Below are positions 9,301 through 18,800 of a stretch of DNA of 54,110 nucleotides, one piece after another. This DNA is from Poseidonia sp. Lineage in GTDB: Archaea; Thermoplasmatota; Poseidoniia; Poseidoniales; Poseidoniaceae. Each line of letters opens with the position of its first letter. Within the stretch, counting starts at the first letter, position 1. The position numbers and the translations under genes are program-made. The DNA is taken from the NCBI GenBank assembly GCA_038127845.1, contig JAYPIL010000004.1, positions 1-54,110 of the forward strand, given 5' to 3'. The notes under the pieces were generated by a model. That model saw nothing but the letters and a program-made list of their open reading frames with translations, ran no database searches and was not told where the DNA came from.

Positions 9301-10272
9301 ATGGCTTGGTGTTGCGCAGGAACCCGTGAATCCGATGATGAATTAAACCTCGGCCCTTTCGGTAACAGCATGGGCAGAGGGAAGATTGTGGCCGGATGCA
9401 TCGCCCCACACCCCCCGCACTTGGTGTATGCAGAAAATCCACCCCAAAACGAGCCTGTTGCGGAAGGCGGCTGGGAGCAATTACGCTGGGGGTACGAACG
9501 ACTCCGAGCCTCCCTCGCCAACATCGAGTACGACGCCATCGTGCTGCTCTCACCCCACTGGCAAACCTACATCGGCACCCACTTCCTGGGACTTCCTCAC
9601 TTTGAGGGACTTTCGGTTGACCCCATTTTCCCCAACCTGTTCCGCTATCATTACGACATGAACGTGGACGTTGACCTCGCCAAAGCCATCCATGACGAAG
9701 CGGAAGCTGCAGGCCTGCCCGTGAAAATGATGCAGAACCCCGACTTCCGGGTGGATTACGGCACCATCACCACCGGCCACCTGTTCAATCCAGAATGGGA
9801 CAAACCGCTCGTCGTTCTCTCGAGCAACCGTTCAACAGCCTACTATTCGGTTGAGGTCATGCAAGAAATCATGATCGAATTGGGCCGAGTCACGCGAAAA
9901 GCGATTGAAGCCAGCGGCAAAAAGGTCGTTGTCCTCGCCAGCAATTCCCTCTCACACCGGCACTTCACAACGGAATCGGAAGTACCCGAAGACATGAGCA
10001 AGGAGCACATCACCAGCCACGCCATGCATTTGTGGGACATGCGCATGATCGACTACATGCGAACCGGTCAGGCCCAACGCATCTTGGACGAGATGCCCGA
10101 ATTTACCGAACAAGCCATCGCTGAGAGCGATGGAGGTGGCCTCTCTTGGCTCCTTTCAACCCTCGACGTGCCGGATTATCCGGCGATTCTTCACGGCTAC
10201 GGAACCATCATCGGAACCGGAAATGCGGTTGTGGAATGGCCCTGTCACGCCCACGAGGTGAGCGAAGCATGA
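9301..10272 (+). CDS. Class III (LigB-type) extradiol ring-cleavage dioxygenase, catalytic subunit
   Basis: CIAPHPPHL, LLSPHWQ, SNSLSHRHF and ESDGGG sit at the positions of the LigB-family metal and catalytic residues. ATG 9301 is preceded by GGGAGGT at 8 nt; ATG 9370 (MGRGKIVAG...) is an alternative start. Confidence 0.8.
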   Translation: MAWCCAGTRESDDELNLGPFGNSMGRGKIVAGCIAPHPPHLVYAENPPQNEPVAEGGWEQLRWGYERLRASLANIEYDAIVLLSPHWQTYIGTHFLGLPHFEGLSVDPIFPNLFRYHYDMNVDVDLAKAIHDEAEAAGLPVKMMQNPDFRVDYGTITTGHLFNPEWDKPLVVLSSNRSTAYYSVEVMQEIMIELGRVTRKAIEASGKKVVVLASNSLSHRHFTTESEVPEDMSKEHITSHAMHLWDMRMIDYMRTGQAQRILDEMPEFTEQAIAESDGGGLSWLLSTLDVPDYPAILHGYGTIIGTGNAVVEWPCHAHEVSEA

Positions 10273-11690
10273 GCGAGGGTGAAGTCGTCGCTTCGTTCGT
10301 TGTCCCTGTACACCCTCACACCGTCCTCGCTCCCGACCAAAACCCTGGTTGGCGTCGACTTCGTGATGCCTTTGACCAAGCCGCACAAACCATCCGTGAC
10401 TTGGAGACCGACCTCATCATCGTGTACTCAACCACATGGCCCTCCATCATCGGTCATCAAATCCAGAGCGATCCAAATCCAGAATGGGTGATGGTTGACC
10501 ACGACTTCCACGACCTCGGCTCCATCCCGTATTCGTTCAACATCGACGCTGATTTCGCCCATGCATGGAACGAGGCCAATCAAGAACGAGGACTGCAAAG
10601 CCGATGTGTCAACTACAAAGGCTTCCCCATCGATGTAGGTTCTGTCGTTGCCTTAACCCTCCTGAACCCTGACAACGCCATCCCTGCCGTCATCGTCTCC
10701 TCCAACATGTATGCCAACCGCAGCGAGACGACGGTGCTCGCCAAGTCCTGCATGGACGTCATCAAGACACAAGGGCGTCGTGCGGTAGCGATCACCGCCA
10801 TGTCACTTTCCAACCGCATGTTCACCGATTTCATCAACCCCTCCGAGGATAAAATTCACTCGCTCAAAGACGATGAATGGAATCGGAAAATTTTGGAATT
10901 CCTCGAGCAAGGCCGTCTCGAAGATGTCGGCCAGTTGTCCCGTACCATCCACCGGCAAATCCGAGTTCAGAAAGTCGTGGCGTTCAAGCCGATGTGGTGG
11001 CTCTCTGCAATGAACGGGAATCGCAACGATTTGACAGGGACCGTCCTCGCCTACGAGGCGATTCATGGGGCTGGTGGTGCCGTGGTGCACCTCGACCCGA
11101 CACCCTCCGGCGTCGGTGACAAGGAATACGACGAAGACGACGTGGAATACTACCACGGTGAGCGTGGCGTCCTTGATACCGTGGATGAAACCGAGAGCGC
11201 AGCCACCGAAGCCGAGAAGGAAGACGAACCCGATCACCAAGGACCGGAACTTTGGGAGCCTACCGAAGCTGAAGGCTCGGTGAACACCGAGGCTGCTCCC
11301 AAACCCGTCGGTGCCTACCCGCACGCCCGCAAAGTGGGGGACATGCTCTTCCTCTCGGGCGTTGGTCCCCGTCAACCTGGGACGAATGCCATTCCAGGCG
11401 GACCCATTCACGACGATGAAGGCAACCCGCTGGAGTACGACATCAAGGCCCAAACGCACGCTGTCGTGAACAATGTCAAGCGCATTGTGGAAGAAGCGGG
11501 CGCAACGATGGACCAAATCGTGGACGTGACCACCTTCCTCGTGGACATGAAACGGGATTTCCAAGGCTACAACGAAGTTTGGGCTGAAACGCTCGGTACC
11601 GTTGGACCCACCAGAACCACCTTGGCCATCGATGCGCTTCCCACACCGATTGCAGTGGAAATGAAGGTCATCGTTCACATGGGCGAATAA
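10269..11690 (+). CDS. Fusion protein: LigB-like non-catalytic subunit + acidic linker + RidA/YjgF-family deaminase domain
   Basis: The N-terminal ~275 aa are LigB-like (FVVPVHPHTVL), but the later His positions are replaced (VYSTTWPS, MSLSNRMF). The linker is about 11100-11291. The C-terminus from about 11292 is RidA-like (KPVGAYPHARKVGDMLFLSGVG..., TTFLVDM, PTRTTLAIDALPTPIAVEMKVIV). ATG 10269 overlaps the upstream TGA. Confidence 0.8.
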   Translation: MSEGEVVASFVVPVHPHTVLAPDQNPGWRRLRDAFDQAAQTIRDLETDLIIVYSTTWPSIIGHQIQSDPNPEWVMVDHDFHDLGSIPYSFNIDADFAHAWNEANQERGLQSRCVNYKGFPIDVGSVVALTLLNPDNAIPAVIVSSNMYANRSETTVLAKSCMDVIKTQGRRAVAITAMSLSNRMFTDFINPSEDKIHSLKDDEWNRKILEFLEQGRLEDVGQLSRTIHRQIRVQKVVAFKPMWWLSAMNGNRNDLTGTVLAYEAIHGAGGAVVHLDPTPSGVGDKEYDEDDVEYYHGERGVLDTVDETESAATEAEKEDEPDHQGPELWEPTEAEGSVNTEAAPKPVGAYPHARKVGDMLFLSGVGPRQPGTNAIPGGPIHDDEGNPLEYDIKAQTHAVVNNVKRIVEEAGATMDQIVDVTTFLVDMKRDFQGYNEVWAETLGTVGPTRTTLAIDALPTPIAVEMKVIVHMGE

Positions 11691-11798
11691 TTTCCAGTTT
11701 TCGGCAAAGAAGCGACGACTATAGGCAAGAGGCTAATAGGATACGGTGGTTTGCCACCAATAAGCATCTCTTTTGATGTTGGAATTCGGGGGATTTGG

Positions 11799-13238
11799 AT
11801 GCCGAAAGACTCCATAGAAAAAATCGTCAAAAGCGCCGTTTCGGGTGATATCAAAGGTGTCACAGACGAAGTGAAGGCAACCTTCGCTCGGAGCATCGGG
11901 CTTGCCGGCGTGGTGATCATTTCCCTTTCAGCCATGCTTCCGGGCATCTTTGTCACGCCCACCTTTGCGGCTGAAATCATGGGCCCGGGTATTTGGCTCG
12001 CTTTCTTGCTCGCTGCCGCAGTCGTCTTGCCCGCAGCCATTTCAAAATCTGAACTGGCCTCCGGGATGCCCTCGAGCGGTGGCTCCTATGTCTTTCTCGA
12101 ACGAACCTACGGCCCCCTCTTTGGCACCATCAGCGGTCTCGGCCTCTGGGCGTCGTTTATGCTCAAATCCGCCTTCTCACTCATCGGGTTCTCGGCCTAC
12201 TTCATCTTCATCACGACCTTTTTTGACGTCGAAATGACCATGCTCACGCTGTCGCTTTCCGCATTGTTGCTCATCACCGTGGTCAACATCATGGGCGTCT
12301 CCAAAATCAAGACCATTCAAACGCCCATTGTCGTGACGACCGTTGGATTGCTTCTCGGCATGAGCATCATGGCCCTCCGGGCCCCCAACTTCGACGCCTC
12401 GGTTCCCCTTGATGGAGCGTTTTCGACCGACATTTGGACCCTTGCAGAAACGGCTGGATTCGTCTTTGTTGCGTATGCGGGTGTGACCAAAGTGGCCGCC
12501 ATCGGGGATGAGGTCAAAGACCCGGAGAAGAACCTCCCTGCGGGCATCCTTCTTTCATTGGTTATTGCCACCGTCGTCTACAGCCTCTTGGCATTCATGA
12601 TGATGGCCGCTATTCCAGGTGAATGGTGGTTCAACGAAGACGGCAAAGTGGTAGAAGACCCCATCTCCGTTTTCGCTGCCGAACTTGCTGGTTCCACCTT
12701 TGGGGTTGTTGTTGCCATCGTTTCCGTGCTCACCATGATTTCCATGGCCCTTGCTGGAATTCTTGCCTCCTCCCGATTCCTGTTTGCCATGGCGCGGGAC
12801 AACCTGCTCTCTCCCAAACTCCAAGAAATGAACGCGAAGTACGAAACCCCTCACTGGGCCATCCTCGCTACCGGTTTGGTCATGGGCATGGCCATCCTTC
12901 TGCTTCCTCTCAAAGACGTCGTAAAGTTGGCCTCAGGTTTCAAGATCATGATCTTCATCATGATCAACACCTGTGTTATCATCCTTCGGCAAACCAGTGA
13001 GAACCACGAATGGAATCCAACCTACAAGGGCCCGCTGTATCCGTTCATGCAGATTTGGGGCATCGTTGCAGGTTGTTTCCTCATTTCACTGCTGGGTACA
13101 AAGGCCTTCATCGGTGGTGCCGTGGCCGTGGTCGCGGGCATCATCACCTACCATGCCTACGGCAAGAAGCATTACACCGGCCCCGAGCAAACGCCGTTCA
13201 AGACCTACCGTGCCAGTCTTGGTTCGAAGAAAGCCTGA
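11799..13238 (+). CDS. APC-superfamily amino acid permease
   Basis: About 12 hydrophobic segments plus the SELASGMPSSGGSYVFLERTYG motif typical of amino acid/polyamine/organocation permeases. ATG 11799 is chosen over the ORF-track TTG at 11751. Confidence 0.85.
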   Translation: MPKDSIEKIVKSAVSGDIKGVTDEVKATFARSIGLAGVVIISLSAMLPGIFVTPTFAAEIMGPGIWLAFLLAAAVVLPAAISKSELASGMPSSGGSYVFLERTYGPLFGTISGLGLWASFMLKSAFSLIGFSAYFIFITTFFDVEMTMLTLSLSALLLITVVNIMGVSKIKTIQTPIVVTTVGLLLGMSIMALRAPNFDASVPLDGAFSTDIWTLAETAGFVFVAYAGVTKVAAIGDEVKDPEKNLPAGILLSLVIATVVYSLLAFMMMAAIPGEWWFNEDGKVVEDPISVFAAELAGSTFGVVVAIVSVLTMISMALAGILASSRFLFAMARDNLLSPKLQEMNAKYETPHWAILATGLVMGMAILLLPLKDVVKLASGFKIMIFIMINTCVIILRQTSENHEWNPTYKGPLYPFMQIWGIVAGCFLISLLGTKAFIGGAVAVVAGIITYHAYGKKHYTGPEQTPFKTYRASLGSKKA

Positions 13239-13286
13239 GACCTACCAAAGACAACGAAAGTCCTGCTCATAGGAAGGACGTCGTCA

Positions 13287-15881
13287 TCACTCGTGACGAA
13301 TCCACTCACCGGTGGGCGTCACTTCCCAATACTGCAATTCTTCCGAGACATCAACATACCAACCGGTTTGGCCTTGGGTTGTGGACGGTGTCGCCTGCAT
13401 GACGCCTACTTTTGCTGCTTCCTGAGCGAGTGCTTTCATCGATTCGAGGGTCAAACCGTGGCGTTCGTAAGCAGGCGTGTCATCAACCACAGCATCTCCA
13501 CGAACCGGTTCATCGTCGTCTTCGTATTCATCGTCATCAAAGACATCCTCTACCCAAGCATCCTTCTCAATTTCCCCGGCCTTGCGGGAGAGAACCACCA
13601 GCACGGCGAGGAGAAGGCCGAGCAACAACGCCGCCATGACCATGGCGGTGTTGGTCGAGCCAACAGCCCCACCCAGCAAAACCTCCTCAACATCAAAGAA
13701 TGTTTGAGCGAGCAAGCCGTTCCATCGGATGGTGCAGGAGCGGTCGGTCCCGCCGTCGCTGACATCAACCTCCCACGTTCCGTTGGTGACGAAGCGCACG
13801 TCACCCGCCGTGCAAGAAACGCTGGTGTTGGCGTTTGGAATGGACAGTGTGTTTCCGTAGACGTCCGTGCCAAAGGCGTTCATGAGCACCACATCGCCTT
13901 CCGAGATACCGTCCCTGCTCATGGTAGCTTGAATTCGAACCGGATCTCCGGCTTCGATGGTCAACGGCAGGGTGTGAACGGCACCCTCTTCGGTGAGAAT
14001 CAATTCATAGACGCCAACTTGCTTGCCCGTGAATTGCCAATAGCCAAGTCCAGTGGGAGAGGCATCGAGGACGCCGATTGAGTTGTTGAGCGAGGTTGAC
14101 ACGGCAGTCGACTCTGCAATGTTCCCGTTGATGTCAACCAACTGAATGAACATGTCTTGCGGCACCCCAGCGCGAACCACCAGCCCTTCTTCAGCATCCG
14201 TCTGGAGTGCATGGGCCTGGCCGGCCACCACCGTGAAGCGAACCGTTGCGAAGACACCGTCAGCGTTCACGCGCAGTTCGTGACCACCCACCGAAGTGGC
14301 GACCCAGAGGCCATCGTTGAGCAACATGTCGAGGGTGATGTCCTGGCCATCGATGGACCAATTCAACACGATATCGTCAAGTTGATTTCCGTGAGCATCG
14401 AAAAATTCGGGATTGAGGTCAAGTTCACCGTCCGCAGGGACCTGAGACCCCTCTCCTTCCAAAGTGATGAAGGCCAGCCGACCGGGGATGACATCAAAGG
14501 CTGTATCGCTCACAAACATCACGCCCGTCGTGTTATCAAACCAACTCCCATCAAAACGCCAAGACTGCACGCTGGTCGCCATGACCATGGCATAGGCATC
14601 AAAGGTCGTGAGGGAGGTCGAATCACCCATGGTCATGCTGATGTTGCCTTCAACCACCCAGCGGTTGCCCTTGACGTCCTCGGCGAGAAGTTCAACCACG
14701 ACCTGGTCGCCTGCGGAAGGTTTGGAAGGAGTCAACTTGAACCGTATGTCCATGGCCCTCCCGTGGACGACCTCAACCGTCAGCGAGGAAGACACGTTTC
14801 CGTCCGTTCCCGAGAGCACGGCAGAACCCGTGGATGACGGGTTCCAATACACCCGATGGTCATCATCAACCGAGAGACCGCCCGAGGAGGCTGTGACCGC
14901 TTCGATGAGGGGCGAAACAAAACCGATGTAGCCGTTGGCGTCCCGACGCTCGAAGACCAGTTCGTAGGATTCTCCTGCGAGGAAAGCCTCGGGCTCTTCC
15001 GCAAACATCAGCTCAGAAGCCACGGCGTCACCGGGAATCACGGCGACGCTCCCGCTCCCAGTGATGTTTCCTGCTGTGGCCGTAATCGCCCACACACCGG
15101 TGTTGGTTGCGTGGTATTCGCCCATTGAAGTAAACGTCCCGTTTTCGGCATACCATGCAATCGGACCCGCTTCACTGAGTGACATTTCGTAGCCGTTGAT
15201 GTCCACCAGACGAGGCAGGATGTACGACATGGTTCCAGCACGAACACGGATCTCATCGTCGAAAACAAATGCATGCGGTTGGCCCGCTCGAACGGTGACG
15301 TTGGCGGTGTCCTCGAGTTGATTGTAACGCACACGGACAAGAAACTCTCCCGTATCCTCGGGCGTCCACGATGGACTTCCGTGGCCAGCGTAGGAGCCGT
15401 CAATATCCCAAACCATTGTTTCGGCACCGGAAACTCGGTTTCCACGCCCGTCGATGAGGTCGGCGGTCAAGGGCGAAGCGACCTGTGCGCCGAACATCAA
15501 ACTGGTGATTTCAATCGAGGTGGCAACGCCCGGATGGACCGTCATGTTGTAACTTCCTTGGAGGCCGTTGTGTTCGGCCGTGACCTCAACCATCCCTGAC
15601 GACCAGGGATAGAACCAACCGTCTTCCGTGATGGTGCCGTTGGTCACCGACCAAGCGATGTCACCGGCAAGAACGTTGTTGACCGCATCGTAAATCAGGG
15701 CTTCAAACATCACCACTTCATCGGCCGACATCGATTGAGGAGGGGCATTGATGACCACCCTGTCAGGCGTGCCCGATCGATACACGGTCTCCTCTTCTGA
15801 GAGGAGGGGAGGCGTGGTTGGAAGTGAGGTGCTGAAGACCATCAAGAGCATCAAAGCGAGAGCGGCCTTGACGTTCGACAA
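13287..15881 (-). CDS. Surface-anchored Ig-like repeat protein (864 aa), partner/paralog of the giant protein stalk
   Basis: The ORF-track ORF (to 16202) overlaps the giant gene end. I trimmed it to TTG 15881, which lies 13 nt after the giant gene TGA with GAGGTGA 4 nt upstream. This gives the signal-like N-terminus MSNVKAALALMLLMVFSTS; ATG 15851 is an alternative. The body has repeated ..TV..G.. Ig-like units, followed by a C-terminal TM (TAMVMAALLLGLLLAVLVVL) and a 100-aa acidic tail. Confidence 0.8.
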   Translation of the reverse strand: MSNVKAALALMLLMVFSTSLPTTPPLLSEEETVYRSGTPDRVVINAPPQSMSADEVVMFEALIYDAVNNVLAGDIAWSVTNGTITEDGWFYPWSSGMVEVTAEHNGLQGSYNMTVHPGVATSIEITSLMFGAQVASPLTADLIDGRGNRVSGAETMVWDIDGSYAGHGSPSWTPEDTGEFLVRVRYNQLEDTANVTVRAGQPHAFVFDDEIRVRAGTMSYILPRLVDINGYEMSLSEAGPIAWYAENGTFTSMGEYHATNTGVWAITATAGNITGSGSVAVIPGDAVASELMFAEEPEAFLAGESYELVFERRDANGYIGFVSPLIEAVTASSGGLSVDDDHRVYWNPSSTGSAVLSGTDGNVSSSLTVEVVHGRAMDIRFKLTPSKPSAGDQVVVELLAEDVKGNRWVVEGNISMTMGDSTSLTTFDAYAMVMATSVQSWRFDGSWFDNTTGVMFVSDTAFDVIPGRLAFITLEGEGSQVPADGELDLNPEFFDAHGNQLDDIVLNWSIDGQDITLDMLLNDGLWVATSVGGHELRVNADGVFATVRFTVVAGQAHALQTDAEEGLVVRAGVPQDMFIQLVDINGNIAESTAVSTSLNNSIGVLDASPTGLGYWQFTGKQVGVYELILTEEGAVHTLPLTIEAGDPVRIQATMSRDGISEGDVVLMNAFGTDVYGNTLSIPNANTSVSCTAGDVRFVTNGTWEVDVSDGGTDRSCTIRWNGLLAQTFFDVEEVLLGGAVGSTNTAMVMAALLLGLLLAVLVVLSRKAGEIEKDAWVEDVFDDDEYEDDDEPVRGDAVVDDTPAYERHGLTLESMKALAQEAAKVGVMQATPSTTQGQTGWYVDVSEELQYWEVTPTGEWIRHE

Positions 15882-15885
15882 ATGC

Positions 15886-15892
15886 TCACCTC
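15886..15892 (-). promoter_or_regulatory. Shine-Dalgarno-like GAGGTGA ahead of the TTG start of the 864-aa gene
   Basis: The minus-strand sequence reads TGA-tc-GAGGTGA-gcat-TTG between the two surface-protein genes. Confidence 0.4.
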
Positions 15893-15894
15893 GA

Positions 15895-18800
15895 TCATTC
15901 TTCGTATTCGTGCCACTCTTCTTCACCAGGATTTCGGTAATACCAGGTCCCGTCTTCGTCTTCCCACCATTCGGTGCCGTCTTCATCAACGGTGACATCG
16001 GATGACGCGTCCTCTTCTGGCACTGGCGCTTCTTCAGCGGGTGGACCGGTTGGTCCGGGCGCCGGACCTGAAGGACCCGGTGCTGGCCCTGATGGACCTG
16101 GAGCTGGTCCCGAAGGACCTGGAGCGGGACCGGTGGGACCGGATGGCCGATCATCGTCGTCATCGTCGTCCTCATCGTCGTCGTCCCAATCATCGCTTCC
16201 ATTGTTGCGCAAGAACGTCACGACCAAGCCGAGCAACACGATGGCCACCAGTGCGAGTAAACCTGCACCGACATAGTACAGCGTGCCGCCGGCTTCAAAG
16301 AAGCCTTGGAGCGTTCCAACAACGGTGATTTCTTCATTCACAATCACGGCACCGACCTTGATGGTGATGGTTTGAGGCCCATCGTCAAGGGTGGTGACCG
16401 TCCATTCGTTGGAAGCGATCATGGTGGCCGTACCTCGCCCGGTTGATTCTACACGAATGCTTCCCGGAACGTCAATTTCGTTGTCGTAGGCATCGAAGGC
16501 ACGAATGCTGATATCAAGCGACGCCAACTGTTCGAGGGTGTCTGTACTGAGGTTGACTTCCAAGCGGTCCACAATCTTCTGTGCACTGACCGTGATCTCA
16601 AGGGTTGACGTTGCTCCACCAGCTGCATAGGCCAGCGTGTGGAGGCCAGCGACTTCGGCGTCGTAGGTGTAGGTCCCGTCGGTTCCCGTGATGATGCTGA
16701 GGGTTGGCACGGAGGCTCCGTCCTCGGTCCACTCAACGTTTTGTGCGAATTGGTTACCATCGGAATCGGTGCCCGTGACTTGAATGTCGACGCGGTCACC
16801 CGCAGTCGGTGTGGTGATGGAAGCATCGGCAGCCACCGTCACAGCAACCCCGTGGAGCACCGTGATGGTGATGCTATCAGAGATGTTGAATCCAGTTCCG
16901 CTGATACTGTAAGCCTCAATGGTCCACTCACCAACCGTCGTGGCTTCCCAACGCATGTCGTTGAGCAACAAGTCGGTGGTGATGTCCGTGATTTCACCCG
17001 TAGCCTCATTCACCTCAATCCACGACAAGGTGCCCGAATCAATTCGGTTGTTGTCAGCGTCGTAGAGGTCCGAAAGGAAATCCACGGCATAGTCCGCGGT
17101 CATCTCAAACACAGCGCCGGTTGTTGCATCAGGGTTGTTTGCCGTTCCTCGAATGCTGACCGTGTGGAGGAAACCGTGGTCAACGGTCATGTTGATGGCG
17201 ACCTGATGAAGCGTGGTGCCGTCATCGTAGCTGGCGGTCAGCATGTACGGTTCGTCGCTTGCAAAGTAAGGCGTAAAGGTCGTGGAATCGCCCACAAGCT
17301 TCTCGAGGAAGGCAGAAGAATCGCCCATGGTCGGATGCGATACTGACCAGTTGGCATCAATCGTCCACTGATTGCCCTTGCCGTCGATAGCGAAGATTTC
17401 GGCCTCCAGTGTTTCATCGGCTGTGAGGTCAAAGTGCTGCCATGTCGAAATGACATCGTCCACTTCAATTCGCAGCGTTTGAATCACACCCTTCGCAACG
17501 ATGATGTCGACCGAGGCAAGTGTGGTTTCATACCGTGCCTCAAGGGTCTTGACACCCGTCTTGACCGGGTCCCAAATGGCCGGAGCACCTGCCGTCAACT
17601 GACCGTCCGCAATTCGGGTCCAGTTATCAGCAGGGAGGACCACAGGCAAACGATTGCCCCGAACGTCAATGCGGGTGGTGTTGATGTAGACCCGGTCGTC
17701 GGCGGTGATGGTGTTGGAGGAAACATCCAGTTCGAGGTAGGCGATTTGGCCGTGGCCGACCGTGATCATCAATTCGTCAGACGCGCCTGAAACCGAAGTG
17801 AGGTTCAACCACCAAACGCCCACGTGATCGGGGAAGTATTGCTGGTTGATTTCCGAATAGTTTCCGTTGGTCGTTGTCCAGGTGAGGTTCCCCGCGGCTG
17901 AAATATCCAATTCGTTACCAAACTGGTCGTACAAATCAGCGGTGATGTCACACCAGACGCCCGCAGGGACGGTCCCCTCGCATCCGCTCAGTTCAAAGTA
18001 ATCGGGTGCTCCAGCGTTCACGGTGATGCTGACGTCAACAAATTCACCTGAGGAGGTGTGCTGCACGCGAACAACATGGGTACCAACAGCGTAGGGTTCG
18101 AAGACGTTGGGTACCACGGCGCTCATGCTGCCGTTGGTCGGTGAGAACGTGATGGCCTCACCGGGAACAGCGTTACCGTGTTGGTCCACCATGGACGCCG
18201 TGATGGTCAACGAATCGTCAGCCGTGATGGTCGCAGTGAGCGGCGTCACCACCAATTCTGTAGGCGCACCGGGGGTGACCGTAACGGCTTGGGAGCCGCA
18301 CACCAAACCGAAACAAGCGGTGACGGTGTGCGTTCCGACGGTGCTCGGCGAATACAACCCGTTCAGACCGATGGAGCCAACGTCAACGGCCCACTCTACC
18401 GGTGGGCTTTGGACCATGGCTTGGTGGTCGTAGGCGATGGAGTTGAAGTTCACCGTGGTATCAGCGTCGGTGGTCACCGTCCCGCTTGGTGTGATGTTGA
18501 TCGTGGTGATGTTGGTCGTGTTGAACAAGATCTTGGGCCGGAAGGATTGGGTCACGGCGTCGCTCGAATAGAACGAAGCGTGTGCGTAGCCGGTATTGGC
18601 GGAAGCGATGATGACCCATGCTTGTTGGCTTGAGATGGTCATGCCCAGCGTGCTGATGTCAAACCAAAGCCAACCGGTGGTGTCCACGTTGGTGACGGTG
18701 GTCGAGATGGCATCACCATAGTCCACACCTGCTTGCATTCCTGGTGACCCCCATGTCGTGCCGGAGGTGCTTCCGTTCCACGTAGCCGATGTTTGGCTCC

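Noticed and set aside
15974-16276. Plus-strand ORF encoding GPGAGPEGPGAGP... and poly-Ser
   Set aside because: It is the mirror image of the GPSGPAP and poly-Asp tail repeats of the giant gene on the minus strand, so it is not an independent gene.
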